Assembly (NCBI GenBank): GCA_963674825.1
Contig: OY771587.1
Span: 1,920,001-1,984,000, forward strand
Origin: Candidatus Cloacimonadales bacterium
GTDB taxonomy: Bacteria; Cloacimonadota; Cloacimonadia; Cloacimonadales; JAIOQZ01
DNA length: 64,000 nt
Direction of reading: 5' to 3'
The notes beneath the pieces were generated by a model that was not told the origin of the DNA, did no database searches, and saw nothing but the letters and a program-made list of their open reading frames with translations. Made by a program: the position numbers and the translations under genes. This document shows, piece by piece, positions 51,001-59,287 of the stretch; the first letter of the stretch is position 1; each line of letters opens with the position of its first letter.

Positions 51001-51124
51001 GTACAATTTCCATCGCAACGTAAACGGCGGCTCGACGCTAGATTACTCCTGGCAGCACGACAAAAAGAACAACAACAAGATCCGCACCTTTGGAATCAGC
51101 CTCTGGGTCGAGATCCTGTTCTAA
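45014..51124 (+). CDS. sprA: SprA/Sov-like very large outer-membrane protein (T9SS translocon homolog)
   Basis: 2036 aa; signal peptide; GTIGEKI, Y.G.EDEIVQTIE.GN, LFGIK, YEMRNIY, V.VNG..L.ENVDYTVDY..G, IDLG.VSED, DTEDLD.NG; terminal Phe. Confidence 0.82.
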   Translation: MNKKFLLILLLTALLMPLMAEASYKLPYTLNGYYPLVDNKIDILKYPHGVGLGLINARIKPDFEFTTREVVDIEDSLVVMVAEYHGIEYPLQIIVTFDQYINNQMVASFHKMLREQAMQQIQDGEKETGEGIFGKELSIDLPKMALPKVVKDFMGDKAARLNIDGSEKLTFRVGSTKNDNAQYSESGSSEDLDLDLKQELRLRLRGTIGEKIHVNITHTSVSDEEIGNPNTIEIKYVGNEDEIVQTIEGGNISLALSGSKINYSASSESLFGIKATMKAGPLDLTYILGKEEGEKNTESYTGQSQEDSLTFYSQNYAHRSYFYIDDPKALYAIYGIDTDLPDNLPETWSGNAIVTGSGGEWMIKSPQLLPDENSVRVFVDDHNYNNDTVDSFPGISWNEPENTTEYRFEELFEGTDFTFDYGTGILSIEKSITDLYTVGVTYTLNNEQIGDPSTTNLQVKLLKKKNQTELDNTWKYEMRNIYDLNMQNVKSEGFKVNVYTVVDGGSELVYAVPDDIDMGTVGSTYNDYLRLDSNGDDLINGDDNTINLSSGIVIFPFLEPFYALGDSIIYTDESTITSTDTQMRMYVVGKVGRDQISLNQLNIVKGSVSVKVNGKTLEENVDYTVDYDFGTVTFLSSEAKDPTAEIEIDYEYRPIFAISSRIMTGVRADLKLGDNARLGGTFIYHSEEVEEKRPKIGSENKIQMMAGLDGEISIDMPLLTRIVDWIPLVKTDAESEVSLSSEVAINIPQIYGDPDKKGDPEAYLEDMESILSTFPLGTTRATWVPGSKPLNYNYGKADINWYNPTDIYMNDVYDDDLLTEDEKNEKVSLMQVRVLTPEIHMPGINRKYWAGLQKYIGNQLDFSEKKYIEIMVKADSVDSPINIHIDLGDVSEDFYTDFGGLGVLNTEDGKNGGDFDGAYDYKEDIGLDGYPNGNPLDDPNDNFSNDKVNNIYPYINGTEDNKSLDTEDLDENGSLDTTNRYLEYTVSLNSDQFLESENDKGYRIYRIPLKDKAAFQSVTDSATQPDLERVSYVRVWFETEEDAIINIVSMDIVGNKWEESTIRYSGTDEIVPASYLESHSVSVQAGIIDNQKDNTYTSPPETTEEKDGVEVFEQALTIDYENIHSGLYSLVHQNFTNTYNLLNYGKLRFWVYPEAGDFGTVKDSIEIVLQIGGDSLNYYEVAIKVLPNEKRDKMQRSLWTDYEIDFNDLTKLKLIDPDTYSIVSDTVGIYTYKKYKNPTLSSIDYMSLGIRVPGGSEKFTGRVFFDDIRVAEPFDDIGYSASSSLSIKFADFSNLNVNVSWETPNYYLIKNRTGSSGTTNTAFNESISLDVTNNYNLHKFFPAEWGLSIPLSLKQTQSESKSKYIYNSDVEVSTITDKAEKDRQITKTLKRSATISFSQNKTPDSWILAYTIKNISFNGDMSKNISRTPSQRDTTFSYNQKYAYNLDIPREKLGIELFKNYSVYFLPRSYKNSLNYRISFPRRWRWLRDSDGSYGWERDTQVQTTKTVDTSNIISYDITSDLGLTYSLTTTRNMLWREEWQGVNIGRAKDKTQSWDLSYNPNYIDNILTFSSDMNIDYNESQKEYNNTTDPDLPEHYFKYQGSVKRKISFDVTLRNSDLLTGLADWLGAPPDELEEMPDEFKDIEDLKGDEKDFDKDGELDMEHLDNLGNGDGDENIPPDDLKPGEDQGRAGSTRHKPQEEHKSLNDFGIPDSTMTDSTIAKPDEPLTTGKVLAILVRYLARFENITVDYTNSYGTIFDERDNPPNFNYQLSLPHVLPENYEDGEITEKTLDDAYTVSTGFQILNNLNTRWSYGKNISRTYSSSTGKVEKTIFPNVTITLTEVEKIVGLTDYLSNSRITSTYTQSQQDTWASGRHTKVVKTIAMSPLAEWAGKWSFDLNSRVGYNMDTSEDVTLYEDNNRVVERNSSRLYATLSHTLKAAKGIKIPFVKERLRLKNEFTTDLTFSWEKSKTTRKSGEETNQTDADNEKYDITLGGTYNFHRNVNGGSTLDYSWQHDKKNNNKIRTFGISLWVEILF

Positions 51125-51130
51125 GGGATT

Positions 51131-51715
51131 ATGGAACTTTTTGAATCACACACACTTAATTTGATTATCCTTCCAGCACTGATTTTCTTTTCGCGGATCT
51201 GCGACGTTACGCTGGGAACATTGCGTATCATCTTCGTATCGAAAGGCCTGAAGGTCGTTGCGCCTATCATCGGATTTTTTGAAGTTCTGATCTGGCTGGT
51301 GGTTATCAGCCAGGTGATGCAGAACATCAGCCAGTGGTGGAATTACCTCGCTTATGCAGGTGGTTTTGCGACCGGTAACTTCGTTGGAATGTGGATCGAA
51401 AGCCGCATGGCAATGGGAATCTCTCTGGTTCGGATCATCACTCGAACGAATGCCGAAGGCCTTATCTCCACGCTTCGTTTCGCCGGATACCGCGTCACGA
51501 ATGTCAGTGCGATGAACAACGACGGCAAGGTGGAGGTGATTTTCCTGCCGATTCGCCGTAAAGAGATTGAAGCGGTCATCGATGTGGTGAAGGAATACAA
51601 TCCTAAAGCTCTCTATACCGTCGAGGAAGTGAAATCGCTCAGTGCGGGTGCATTGCCACACCGCAGAACGACCCATTTCCCATCGCTCTTCAGCGGGAAA
51701 CGCAAAGGTAAATAA
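51131..51715 (+). CDS. DUF2179 / UPF0316 family membrane protein
   Basis: RICDVTLGTLR, GFFEVLIW, YAGGFATGN.VG. Confidence 0.88.
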   Translation: MELFESHTLNLIILPALIFFSRICDVTLGTLRIIFVSKGLKVVAPIIGFFEVLIWLVVISQVMQNISQWWNYLAYAGGFATGNFVGMWIESRMAMGISLVRIITRTNAEGLISTLRFAGYRVTNVSAMNNDGKVEVIFLPIRRKEIEAVIDVVKEYNPKALYTVEEVKSLSAGALPHRRTTHFPSLFSGKRKGK

Positions 51716-51716
51716 A

Positions 51717-51811
51717 TGGCCGAGAGGGCAGGAATCGAACCTGCCGCAGACAGTTTTTTCTGCCCGGTACCGGTTTTGAAGACCGGCTGAAACACCAGTT
51801 CCGTCCTCTCT
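51717..51811 (-). tRNA. selC: tRNA-Sec (anticodon UCA), 7/5 fold
   Basis: Anticodon arm CCGGT-CTTCAAA-ACCGG, D-arm with TGGT loop, long variable arm, GCAGG-TTCGATT-CCTGC, G73-CCA; divergent from selB. Confidence 0.93.
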
Positions 51812-51859
51812 GGTAGGCATGGAAACACCAACGATTTTCATTGTAAAGCAAATCTTCGA

Positions 51860-53668
51860 GTGATCATGAAAAATAAAACCGCGATCATCAGCACCGCAGG
51901 GCATATCGACCATGGGAAGACTGCGCTCATTCGCGCGCTGACAGGCTTCGACTGCGATACCCACAAGCTGGAGAAAGAGCGCGGAATTACCATTTCACTC
52001 GGCTTCACAAGGCTCGACCTCGACAACGGTACTCGTTGCGGGATCATCGATTGCCCCGGGCATCACGATTTCATCCACACGATGGTCGCCGGATCGAGCG
52101 GAATCGATCTCGCACTGGTAACTGTGGCTGCCGACGAAGGAATCATGCCTCAGACCATCGAGCACCTTCGTATCCACGATTTACTGGGTGTTACAAACCG
52201 CATTTACGTCATCACCCGCTGCGATCTTGTCAGTAAAGAAATTGCCGATGCGCTGCAATACACCCTTAATTCTCAGTTCAATGCACCAGTTGTTCAAACC
52301 TCGGCTGTGACCGGAGAGGGTATCGAAAAACTGCATGGATTGATCCAGTGCAGCCTGTCCGATGTTAAACCGCAATTTCTGGATACAGCATTCCGTATGC
52401 CGATCGATCGTATCTTCTCCATTGCAGGTCACGGCCTCGTCATTGGTGGAACTGTACGAACGGGAGTTTTACAGAGATCTGATCCAATATACTTGTTGCC
52501 GGGAGAAAAGAAGCTGCGTATCCGACGAATGGAGTGTTTTGGTGAGTCGGTGGATTCGGTATCTGCTGGGCAACGTACCTCGATCAATATAACCGGCGTA
52601 AAGCGCGAAGATTTGCATCTCGGTATGCAGATTTCCTGCTTTGCAATTCCTTTCACACTGCGGATTGATGCGTCGATCCGGCTATTCGAGGACGCTCAGG
52701 AGCTGGGAATATGGAGCCGTGTGCTTTTTTTGCAGAATGGCGTACGCATGCCGGTATCTGTTCATCTGTTAGATCGGGACACGCTGGCTTCAGGTCATTC
52801 CGGGCTGGCTCAGATCGATTTCGATTCACCTCACATAAGTCTCTATGGGGAGCAATTCGTTCTGCGCGATTCCTCGGATAGAACCACCATTGGTGGAGGA
52901 TTCGTTCTCGACCCGCATCCGCGGCACCACCGCCGCAGGAGACGGCACCAGATTGAATCGTTGCTCAGGCTCGAAAATGGGGGTGTAGATGAGCTTATTC
53001 GCCAAAAGGCGGATGGAATATCCGGTTGCTTCGAAGCGGCGCAAATTGCTGCTGAAAACGGCCTTTCTTTGATGTCGATTATCAGACACCCGGATGTCAT
53101 ATCAGTCAACCGAAAAGGATTCTATCTCGCACGGTCTGTTTTGGATCGAATCGAGAAGAGAATTCTGGATAGGCTGTCAATTTCAGGAGGGCTTTCAACT
53201 GTGGATTTGACCGACGGTAGATCCGAGGAAGAGTTTGCGCTGAAAGTACTCCAGAAGTCGGGACGTGTACAGCATTCTGATGGTCGCTGGTCGCTACCGG
53301 TTACTCAGAGTGAAATCGATCGTGCCTGTGAGGCTGTACTTGCGTATATGCTGCGCGAGAACCGGGAAATCGTGGTCAAAGAGGGTATGATCCGTGAGAT
53401 GGCAAGGATGGATATCGATAAGCATCGGCTGCGCATAGCACTGGATCATCTGGTAAAGACCGACCGGGTTATCCGCCATGAAGCGTGCTATATACACAGC
53501 TTTCTGCTCGATCGGGCAATCGCGACAGCGCAGCGATTAGCATGCTTCTCGGTGCGGGATTTCCGCGATGAAATGGGATGCAGTCGAGGGACAGCAATCG
53601 TGCTGCTGGAATACCTGGACAGCGATGGAAAGACCCGTCGTGAGGGCGATACCAGGATTTTTGTGTGA
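51860..53668 (+). CDS. selB: Selenocysteine-specific elongation factor
   Basis: [35 protein letters not shown]-terminal winged helix FRD...SR..AI.LLEYLD. Confidence 0.95.
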   Translation: MIMKNKTAIISTAGHIDHGKTALIRALTGFDCDTHKLEKERGITISLGFTRLDLDNGTRCGIIDCPGHHDFIHTMVAGSSGIDLALVTVAADEGIMPQTIEHLRIHDLLGVTNRIYVITRCDLVSKEIADALQYTLNSQFNAPVVQTSAVTGEGIEKLHGLIQCSLSDVKPQFLDTAFRMPIDRIFSIAGHGLVIGGTVRTGVLQRSDPIYLLPGEKKLRIRRMECFGESVDSVSAGQRTSINITGVKREDLHLGMQISCFAIPFTLRIDASIRLFEDAQELGIWSRVLFLQNGVRMPVSVHLLDRDTLASGHSGLAQIDFDSPHISLYGEQFVLRDSSDRTTIGGGFVLDPHPRHHRRRRRHQIESLLRLENGGVDELIRQKADGISGCFEAAQIAAENGLSLMSIIRHPDVISVNRKGFYLARSVLDRIEKRILDRLSISGGLSTVDLTDGRSEEEFALKVLQKSGRVQHSDGRWSLPVTQSEIDRACEAVLAYMLRENREIVVKEGMIREMARMDIDKHRLRIALDHLVKTDRVIRHEACYIHSFLLDRAIATAQRLACFSVRDFRDEMGCSRGTAIVLLEYLDSDGKTRREGDTRIFV

Positions 53669-53738
53669 GAGCTCTGAAAATGTAAAATTAGTTCTTGACA
53701 GAAAATCACCATTCCTGTTTTTCTGCAACACTTATTGC

Positions 53739-53815
53739 GCGCCTGTAGCTCAATTGGATAGAGCATCTGACTACGGATCAGAAGGTTTGGGATTCGAATT
53801 CCTACAGGCGCGCCA
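53739..53815 (+). tRNA. tRNA-Arg (ACG)
   Basis: Cloverleaf with GCGCCTG/CAGGCGC acceptor stem, anticodon loop CTACGGA, encoded CCA. Confidence 0.97.
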
Positions 53816-54134
53816 TTTTTTTTGCCTAAAATCAGCTATTTACAATCAGCTAGCCAGCCTTCAAAAAGCAGTCAAATATTGTGATGGATGTAATTATAGA
53901 TGTATATTGAAGCATATCACGATTCAGATGTCTATAACCACATGGAAAAAATAATCCTCTGCGTCACCGGTTCGGACGAAATCGAATGCCTGCCCAACTG
54001 CCCCAAAATTGTGACACGAATATTCACAGGATCACAGTTTTCGTTTGACAAGAGGATAGACGCGCAATGCTTTGTGATTCAAAGAAATATGAAATTCCGA
54101 TACATTGAAGGGAGGATCAGATCATTAATGGTTT

Positions 54135-54293
54135 ATGGCGTGGCATAATGTGAAGAGTGACGTGGGCGGCAAAAGAACTGCGGCGCAGCTCAATCACGCT
54201 CTTGACGCGCTCGTAAAGGCAGAGGTGCTGACCGCAGATAAGCAGGCGACAAGCTCCAAGCCCCGCACGGTCAATAGAAAATACGGAGGATAA
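54135..54293 (+). pseudogene. Possible C-terminal fragment of a mobile-element replication protein
   Basis: LNHALDALVKAEVL...KQATSSKPRTV resembles winged-helix tails of DUF3987/primase-type proteins; weak. Confidence 0.3.
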
Positions 54294-54545
54294 TTCGAAG
54301 AGAAATCGCCACGCAATGTACTGCATGGCTTTCAGTTACGGAAATTTCCGTAAATTCGAACCGGGTACCCCATGGTGTCTTTTCGTTCATCTGGCATATT
54401 CACGCCAACACAAAATATATTTTGACATATCTTCATCTAGAATAACAAGCCTGTTGCATATCTTCATAAAACCCTACACGGAGGCTATGAAAATAAGGAA
54501 GCGGCAAAGCTTTATTTACCGAGATTGGAACCGTGCCCGGTGCGA

Positions 54546-54656
54546 GAAGGAGTCCTCGAAGTGACCGATCCGAGCCAATTCATGGATACCATTCGCAAGG
54601 GCATCGGCTCGGCGAAGTCGTTCGGGTTCGGGCTTCTCTCGGTGGTCAGGAGGTAG
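54546..54656 (+). pseudogene. cas6e: C-terminal fragment of type I-E Cas6e (Cse3)
   Basis: EGVLEVTDPSQFMDTIRKGIGSAKSFGFGLLS carries the Cas6 glycine-rich loop; in-frame stop at 54438 and no N-terminal part. Confidence 0.8.
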
Positions 54657-54674
54657 GGGGCGATCCATGCGAAT

Positions 54675-54703
54675 GTATTCCCCACACACGTGGGGGTGAA
54701 CCG
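54675..54703 (+). CRISPR. Single type I-E-like CRISPR repeat (no array)
   Basis: 29-nt GTATTCCCCACACACGTGGGGGTGAACCG with CCCCAC/GTGGGG stem and AACCG end; no second copy seen. Confidence 0.8.
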
Positions 54704-54840
54704 TGGTTTAATATCAACCTGATGGCCAATTAGTTGAAACCTTCGGTGACCTAATGTGTTATTTTCGTGACCTTTATTGACATTATCAGTGTCACTTTAT
54801 ATCGATCTCGTTTCGTTGTATCATGCAAATTCTTCTTGAC

Positions 54841-54858
54841 AGTTAGTTGCGCCTAACT
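54841..54858. promoter_or_regulatory. DtxR/IdeR-type operator 1
   Basis: AGTTAGTTGCGCCTAACT directly after the TTGACA -35 box. Confidence 0.75.
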
Positions 54859-54894
54859 CTTTTTGTCTCTACTAAGTTTTATGCGAGGTGAATC

Positions 54895-55659
54895 ATGGGG
54901 ATTACAGACGAACTCAGCGCCAGCTTGGAGGATTATCTCGAGGCGATTTATCACATCATCCGGGAGAAGCAGGCGGCACGCGTGAAGGACATCGCGGCGA
55001 GGCTGCATGTCAAGGCGGCGTCCGTCACCGGAGCGATGCGCGCCCTTTCCAGCAAGGGACTCATCAACTACGCGCCGTTCGAGATCATCACATTCACCCG
55101 CGACGGTGAGATCGCCGCGAAGGATGTCGTGCGTCGCCATAACGCGCTCAAGGACTTCTTCGTAAAGGTGCTTTCCGTGGACACGGATGTCGCCGACAAG
55201 GCAGCATGCGAGATGGAGCATTGCATCACCAAGCCTCTTCTGGAGCGCTTTATCCAGTTCGCGGAGTTTGTGGAAGTATGCCCCAGGGCTGGAACCAAAT
55301 GGATTCGCGGATTCGGCTATTTCTGCGATCACGATTCGATGGGTGAAAACTGCGAAACGTGCATGCGCACCAATTTGGCCGAGTTGATTCAAAATCGAAA
55401 AGATAAAGGAGAAACCATGAACGAAAAACTGACATTGCGCGACATCAAGCCCGGTAAAAAGGCAAAGGTCGTGAAGGTTGCGCTGGCCGACACAGCGAGC
55501 AGGCGCATGGTCGAGATGGGTATGACGGTCGGTTCCGTTATCGAAGTGGTACGCATTGCGCCTATGGGAGACCCGGTCGATATCAAGCTTAAGGGCTATC
55601 ACTTGAGTGTCCGCAAGAAAGAAGCGGAGGGGATCTATGTGGAAGAGATGCCATCATAA
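54895..55659 (+). CDS. DtxR/MntR family metal-dependent repressor with Cys-rich linker and C-terminal FeoA domain
   Basis: SLEDYLEAIY, ARVKDIA, RRH, ACEMEH; FeoA AP.GDPV...KGY.LSVRK. Confidence 0.92.
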   Translation: MGITDELSASLEDYLEAIYHIIREKQAARVKDIAARLHVKAASVTGAMRALSSKGLINYAPFEIITFTRDGEIAAKDVVRRHNALKDFFVKVLSVDTDVADKAACEMEHCITKPLLERFIQFAEFVEVCPRAGTKWIRGFGYFCDHDSMGENCETCMRTNLAELIQNRKDKGETMNEKLTLRDIKPGKKAKVVKVALADTASRRMVEMGMTVGSVIEVVRIAPMGDPVDIKLKGYHLSVRKKEAEGIYVEEMPS

Positions 55660-55894
55660 CCACGCGTTTGGCTGCACGTATCCGCTCAGCTTCTGTAAAA
55701 CAGGGCAAACGGTGAAGGTTCAGTGCGTGCACGGCGGTGAAGAGATGAAATCGCGTCTGGAAGCGATGGGATTCCTACCCGGAGCTGATGTTTCCATCAT
55801 CAGCGCGCATCATCACGGACCGTTCATCGTAAAGGTGAAGGACAGCCAGATCGCACTGGGACGGGGCATGAGCCACAAGATCCAGGTGGCATAG
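55637..55894 (+). CDS. feoA: Ferrous iron transport protein A
   Basis: RLEAMGFLPG, GPFIV, IALGRGM; RBS GGAGG before ATG 55637. Confidence 0.88.
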   Translation: MWKRCHHNHAFGCTYPLSFCKTGQTVKVQCVHGGEEMKSRLEAMGFLPGADVSIISAHHHGPFIVKVKDSQIALGRGMSHKIQVA

Positions 55895-55913
55895 TTTTTT
55901 TTTGCCCTAGAAG

Positions 55914-55927
55914 TTAGGCAAGCCTAA
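55914..55927. promoter_or_regulatory. DtxR/IdeR-type operator 2
   Basis: TTAGGCAAGCCTAA palindrome upstream of feoB. Confidence 0.8.
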
Positions 55928-55955
55928 AGTTATTAGAACAGACTATGGAGAAACC

Positions 55956-58079
55956 ATGAAAAAGAAAATCACCATCGCGCTCGCCGGCAATCCAAACGCC
56001 GGCAAGACAACGCTATTCAATAACATAACCGGCGCACGGCAGCACGTGGGAAACTATCCCGGCGTCACCGTCGAACGTAAAGAAGGTTTCCGGGACTACA
56101 AGGACTACGAAATAAGGGTCGTCGACCTGCCCGGAACCTACAGCCTCACTGCATACTCGCAGGAAGAGGTAATCGCGCGTAATTTCCTGATCGATGAAAC
56201 ACCGGATGTGGTCATCGATATCATCGATACATCCAATCTGGAACGTAACCTGTACCTCAGCGTACAGCTTATCGAGATAGGTGTCCCGCTCCTTCTGGCG
56301 TTCAACATGAGCGACGTCGCGAAAGCGAAGGGCTATCAGTTTGACATGAAGAAGCTCTCGAATCTGCTCAGCGTACCGATTGTGGAGACGATCGGACACA
56401 AGAATAAGGGTACCTTCGAGCTGCTTGACGCCGTGATCGCCACCTACGAAGATATGAAAGCCGCAAACCCGGCAATCGTGCGTTACGGCAACGATATCGA
56501 AGAGGCGATTCGGGAGATTTCCAGCGTCCTGTATGAAGAACACAGACTCACATCGAAACAGGCGCACTGGGTTGCAATAAAGCTGCTCGAGAGTGACAGA
56601 GATATTGAAAAGCAGTTTATGGACGAGAAACTTGCTTCGGTCGTCAATCGACTCACGAGCACGCTGGAAATGAAGCTCGAAGAACCGATTCAAACAGCGA
56701 TCGCCTCACATCGCTACGGGATGATATCGGGGGCGTGCACGCAGGCGGTACGCTCCACCATCGAGCGACGGCACTCGGTCTCGGACGCAATCGACATGGT
56801 AGCAACCAATCGCTTCCTGGGTATTCCTATCTTCCTCGGGCTGATGTACCTCGTATTCTGGCTCACCTTCACCGTTGGCGCACCGTTGATGGATTGGCTC
56901 GACGCCGGCTTCGGCTGGCTGGGTGAATTCGTAAGCGGTTGGTGGGCTCCGGGCTCCGAAAGCGCGTTGAAATCCCTGCTTGTTGACGGCATCATCGGTG
57001 GCGTGGGCGGTGTCCTGATCTTCCTGCCAAACATCCTGCTTCTCTTCCTCGCTATCGCGTTTCTGGAAGACTCCGGCTACATGGCCCGGGCGGCATTCAT
57101 CATGGACCGGCTGATGCACAAGATCGGTCTGCACGGCAAGAGCTTCATCCCCATGCTGATCGGCTTCGGCTGCTCGGTACCGGCGATTATGGCCACAAGA
57201 ACCCTCGATAACCGACGCGACCGACTGGTGACCATGATGGTGGTCCCGCTGATGAGCTGCGGCGCCAGGCTTCCCATCTACGCGCTGATCATCCCGGCGT
57301 TCTTCCCGCAGGTGTGGCACGCGCCCATGCTGTGGCTCATCTACGTGATCGGCATCCTCCTGGCGATCATCAGCGCGAAGCTCCTGCGCTCGACCATCCT
57401 TAAAGGGGAATCGGTCCCGTTCCTGATGGAGCTTCCACCCTATCGCATGCCCACGATCAAGGGTATCTTCACTCATATGTGGGAGCGCGGATGGCTCTAC
57501 CTGAAGAAAGCCGGAACCATCATCCTCGGATTCTCCATCCTGATGTGGGTCATCACCACGTACCCACAGAAAAAGGATTTCGATCGCGACTACGACAACG
57601 AGATCGCAACGGTTGAGATGGACGAGCAGCTCACGCCGGAAGAACAGCAAGAACAGATCGCGACCATCGAAAACGCTCAGGCATCGGAAGCGCTCTCCCA
57701 TTCTGTCGCTGGCCGCATCGGGCACGTGCTCGAGCCCATCATCAAACCCATGGGGTTCGACTGGCGTATCGGCACGGCAATGATCGGCGCTTTCGCGGCG
57801 AAGGAGCTCTTCGTGGCCCAACTGGGAATCGTTTACTCGGTTGGTGAAGCGGACAAAGATTCGGAAAGCCTTCGAGACAAGTTACGAGAGAATTACACAC
57901 CCCTGATCGGCTTTGCCATCATGCTGTTCTCACTGATCAGCATGCCCTGTATGGCAACGGTCGCTGTGACCAAACGCGAGGCTAACTCGTGGAAATGGGC
58001 TCTGTTCCAGGTCGCAGGACTAACCATCATGGCCTGGCTGATCACAACCATAGTCTATCAGGTCGGAATGCTATTCTGA
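55956..58079 (+). CDS. feoB: Ferrous iron transporter B
   Basis: GNPNAGKTT, GNYPGVTVE, DLPGTYSL, LEDSGYMAR, GFGCSVPA, MELPPYR, PC. Confidence 0.97.
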   Translation: MKKKITIALAGNPNAGKTTLFNNITGARQHVGNYPGVTVERKEGFRDYKDYEIRVVDLPGTYSLTAYSQEEVIARNFLIDETPDVVIDIIDTSNLERNLYLSVQLIEIGVPLLLAFNMSDVAKAKGYQFDMKKLSNLLSVPIVETIGHKNKGTFELLDAVIATYEDMKAANPAIVRYGNDIEEAIREISSVLYEEHRLTSKQAHWVAIKLLESDRDIEKQFMDEKLASVVNRLTSTLEMKLEEPIQTAIASHRYGMISGACTQAVRSTIERRHSVSDAIDMVATNRFLGIPIFLGLMYLVFWLTFTVGAPLMDWLDAGFGWLGEFVSGWWAPGSESALKSLLVDGIIGGVGGVLIFLPNILLLFLAIAFLEDSGYMARAAFIMDRLMHKIGLHGKSFIPMLIGFGCSVPAIMATRTLDNRRDRLVTMMVVPLMSCGARLPIYALIIPAFFPQVWHAPMLWLIYVIGILLAIISAKLLRSTILKGESVPFLMELPPYRMPTIKGIFTHMWERGWLYLKKAGTIILGFSILMWVITTYPQKKDFDRDYDNEIATVEMDEQLTPEEQQEQIATIENAQASEALSHSVAGRIGHVLEPIIKPMGFDWRIGTAMIGAFAAKELFVAQLGIVYSVGEADKDSESLRDKLRENYTPLIGFAIMLFSLISMPCMATVAVTKREANSWKWALFQVAGLTIMAWLITTIVYQVGMLF

Positions 58080-58091
58080 CCGGGAGGAACC

Positions 58092-58259
58092 ATGCTTGAA
58101 ACCATAACCATCATCGCCCTGGTTGCAGCATCGGGAGCATTTCTCGTATGGAAGCTCATCAAGAGCTTTCGCGGCGAGACCGAATGCTGTGGAACCGCAA
58201 GTACATGCAGCGGCAACTGCAAATCCTGCTCACTCGTAGATCAACATGAAAGGAACTGA
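58092..58259 (+). CDS. FeoB-associated Cys-rich small membrane protein
   Basis: 55 aa, below the ORF-track cutoff: MLETITIIALVAASGAFLVWKL...ECCGTASTCSGNCKSC; RBS GGAGG. Confidence 0.85.
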   Translation: MLETITIIALVAASGAFLVWKLIKSFRGETECCGTASTCSGNCKSCSLVDQHERN

Positions 58260-58262
58260 CGA

Positions 58263-59276
58263 ATGAAAAAATCTATACTCTTGATATCCGTATTAGCCAT
58301 GTCCATCGCCCTCACTGCGATCGACATGCCCGAAATCGAACTCGACATCGTGCTGGATGCGCACTTTTACAGCGGCGACACTGCCAACGAAGGTGATTTC
58401 GACACCACCAACCGCTACCAGATCCGTAAAGCCGCTGTCAGCCTGGAAGGCGTCCTGACCGATCGCGTAGAATACGCCATGGAGTTCGGCGTCGCAACCT
58501 GCATCGGAAGCGGCGATCAACTTCGCATCATGGAAGCCGTCGTCATGTACGAACTGCTCGACGACGTGCACGTAGGACTCAAACAGGGTCATGTACTCAA
58601 AGGATTCGCTGCACGCAGAGAATGCTCGGCGCAACTCTCGATGGAAAAACCGGTTTTCATGAGCACGCTCAGCGACTGTCACCCACAGGGTGCCGTGTTG
58701 AATGGAAATTTCGACCTTGGCGGCAACATGGCTCTGGAAGCGGAACTCTCCCTGATGAATGGCCCCAATGGAACCCTTGACGGCGAGCACGATTACAACC
58801 TGGGTATGATCTTCAAGACACCGGTTCAGGGTCTTGACCTTGCCGGGTACTACAACCTCACCGAACGCCAGTATTACGACGAGGATTACCAGCAGTACTC
58901 CGAAGACGGATTCCGAGCCGGCGGTGGCATCGAATATCGCAATCACAACGTATGGAGCACATTCGAGTACTACGTCGGAGAGGGATTCGAGCGGGACGAC
59001 CAAAAGATCGCGGCCTGGTACGCACAGCTTGGCTACGACGCGCAGGTCGGGATCGAGCGACTCCGGTCGATCCAGCCGTTCGTGCGGTACGAATCCTGGG
59101 ATCGCGACATCGACGCGGACGAGGAACAGCTCTACACATACCTGGAAGCTGGCATCAACGTGCACGTTTCCGATAACACCATGCTGCGTGGAGCCTTCCG
59201 AACCAATACCGACACACCGAATGGCGTCGAGGAAGACCCAGACAGCTTCATCATCCGGCTCCAAACCGGAATTTGA
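58263..59276 (+). CDS. Putative porin (OprO/OprP-like beta-barrel)
   Basis: Signal peptide, amphipathic strands, WYAQLGY..IQPFVRYESWD, C-terminal RLQTGI. Confidence 0.72.
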   Translation: MKKSILLISVLAMSIALTAIDMPEIELDIVLDAHFYSGDTANEGDFDTTNRYQIRKAAVSLEGVLTDRVEYAMEFGVATCIGSGDQLRIMEAVVMYELLDDVHVGLKQGHVLKGFAARRECSAQLSMEKPVFMSTLSDCHPQGAVLNGNFDLGGNMALEAELSLMNGPNGTLDGEHDYNLGMIFKTPVQGLDLAGYYNLTERQYYDEDYQQYSEDGFRAGGGIEYRNHNVWSTFEYYVGEGFERDDQKIAAWYAQLGYDAQVGIERLRSIQPFVRYESWDRDIDADEEQLYTYLEAGINVHVSDNTMLRGAFRTNTDTPNGVEEDPDSFIIRLQTGI

Positions 59277-59287
59277 CAGGAGGATTC

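Noticed and set aside
51146..51964. 272-aa minus-strand ORF
   Set aside because: Overlaps the DUF2179 gene, tRNA-Sec and selB; spurious
53900..54564. Short ORFs after tRNA-Arg (53900-54148, 54117-54326, 54316-54564)
   Set aside because: No RBS or motifs; the region looks like decayed island DNA
4819..59264. Long antisense ORFs (e.g. 4819-5886, 10841-12322, 46988-48250, 56706-57821, 58293-59264)
   Set aside because: Shadow frames of well-supported genes on the opposite strand; no recognisable motifs
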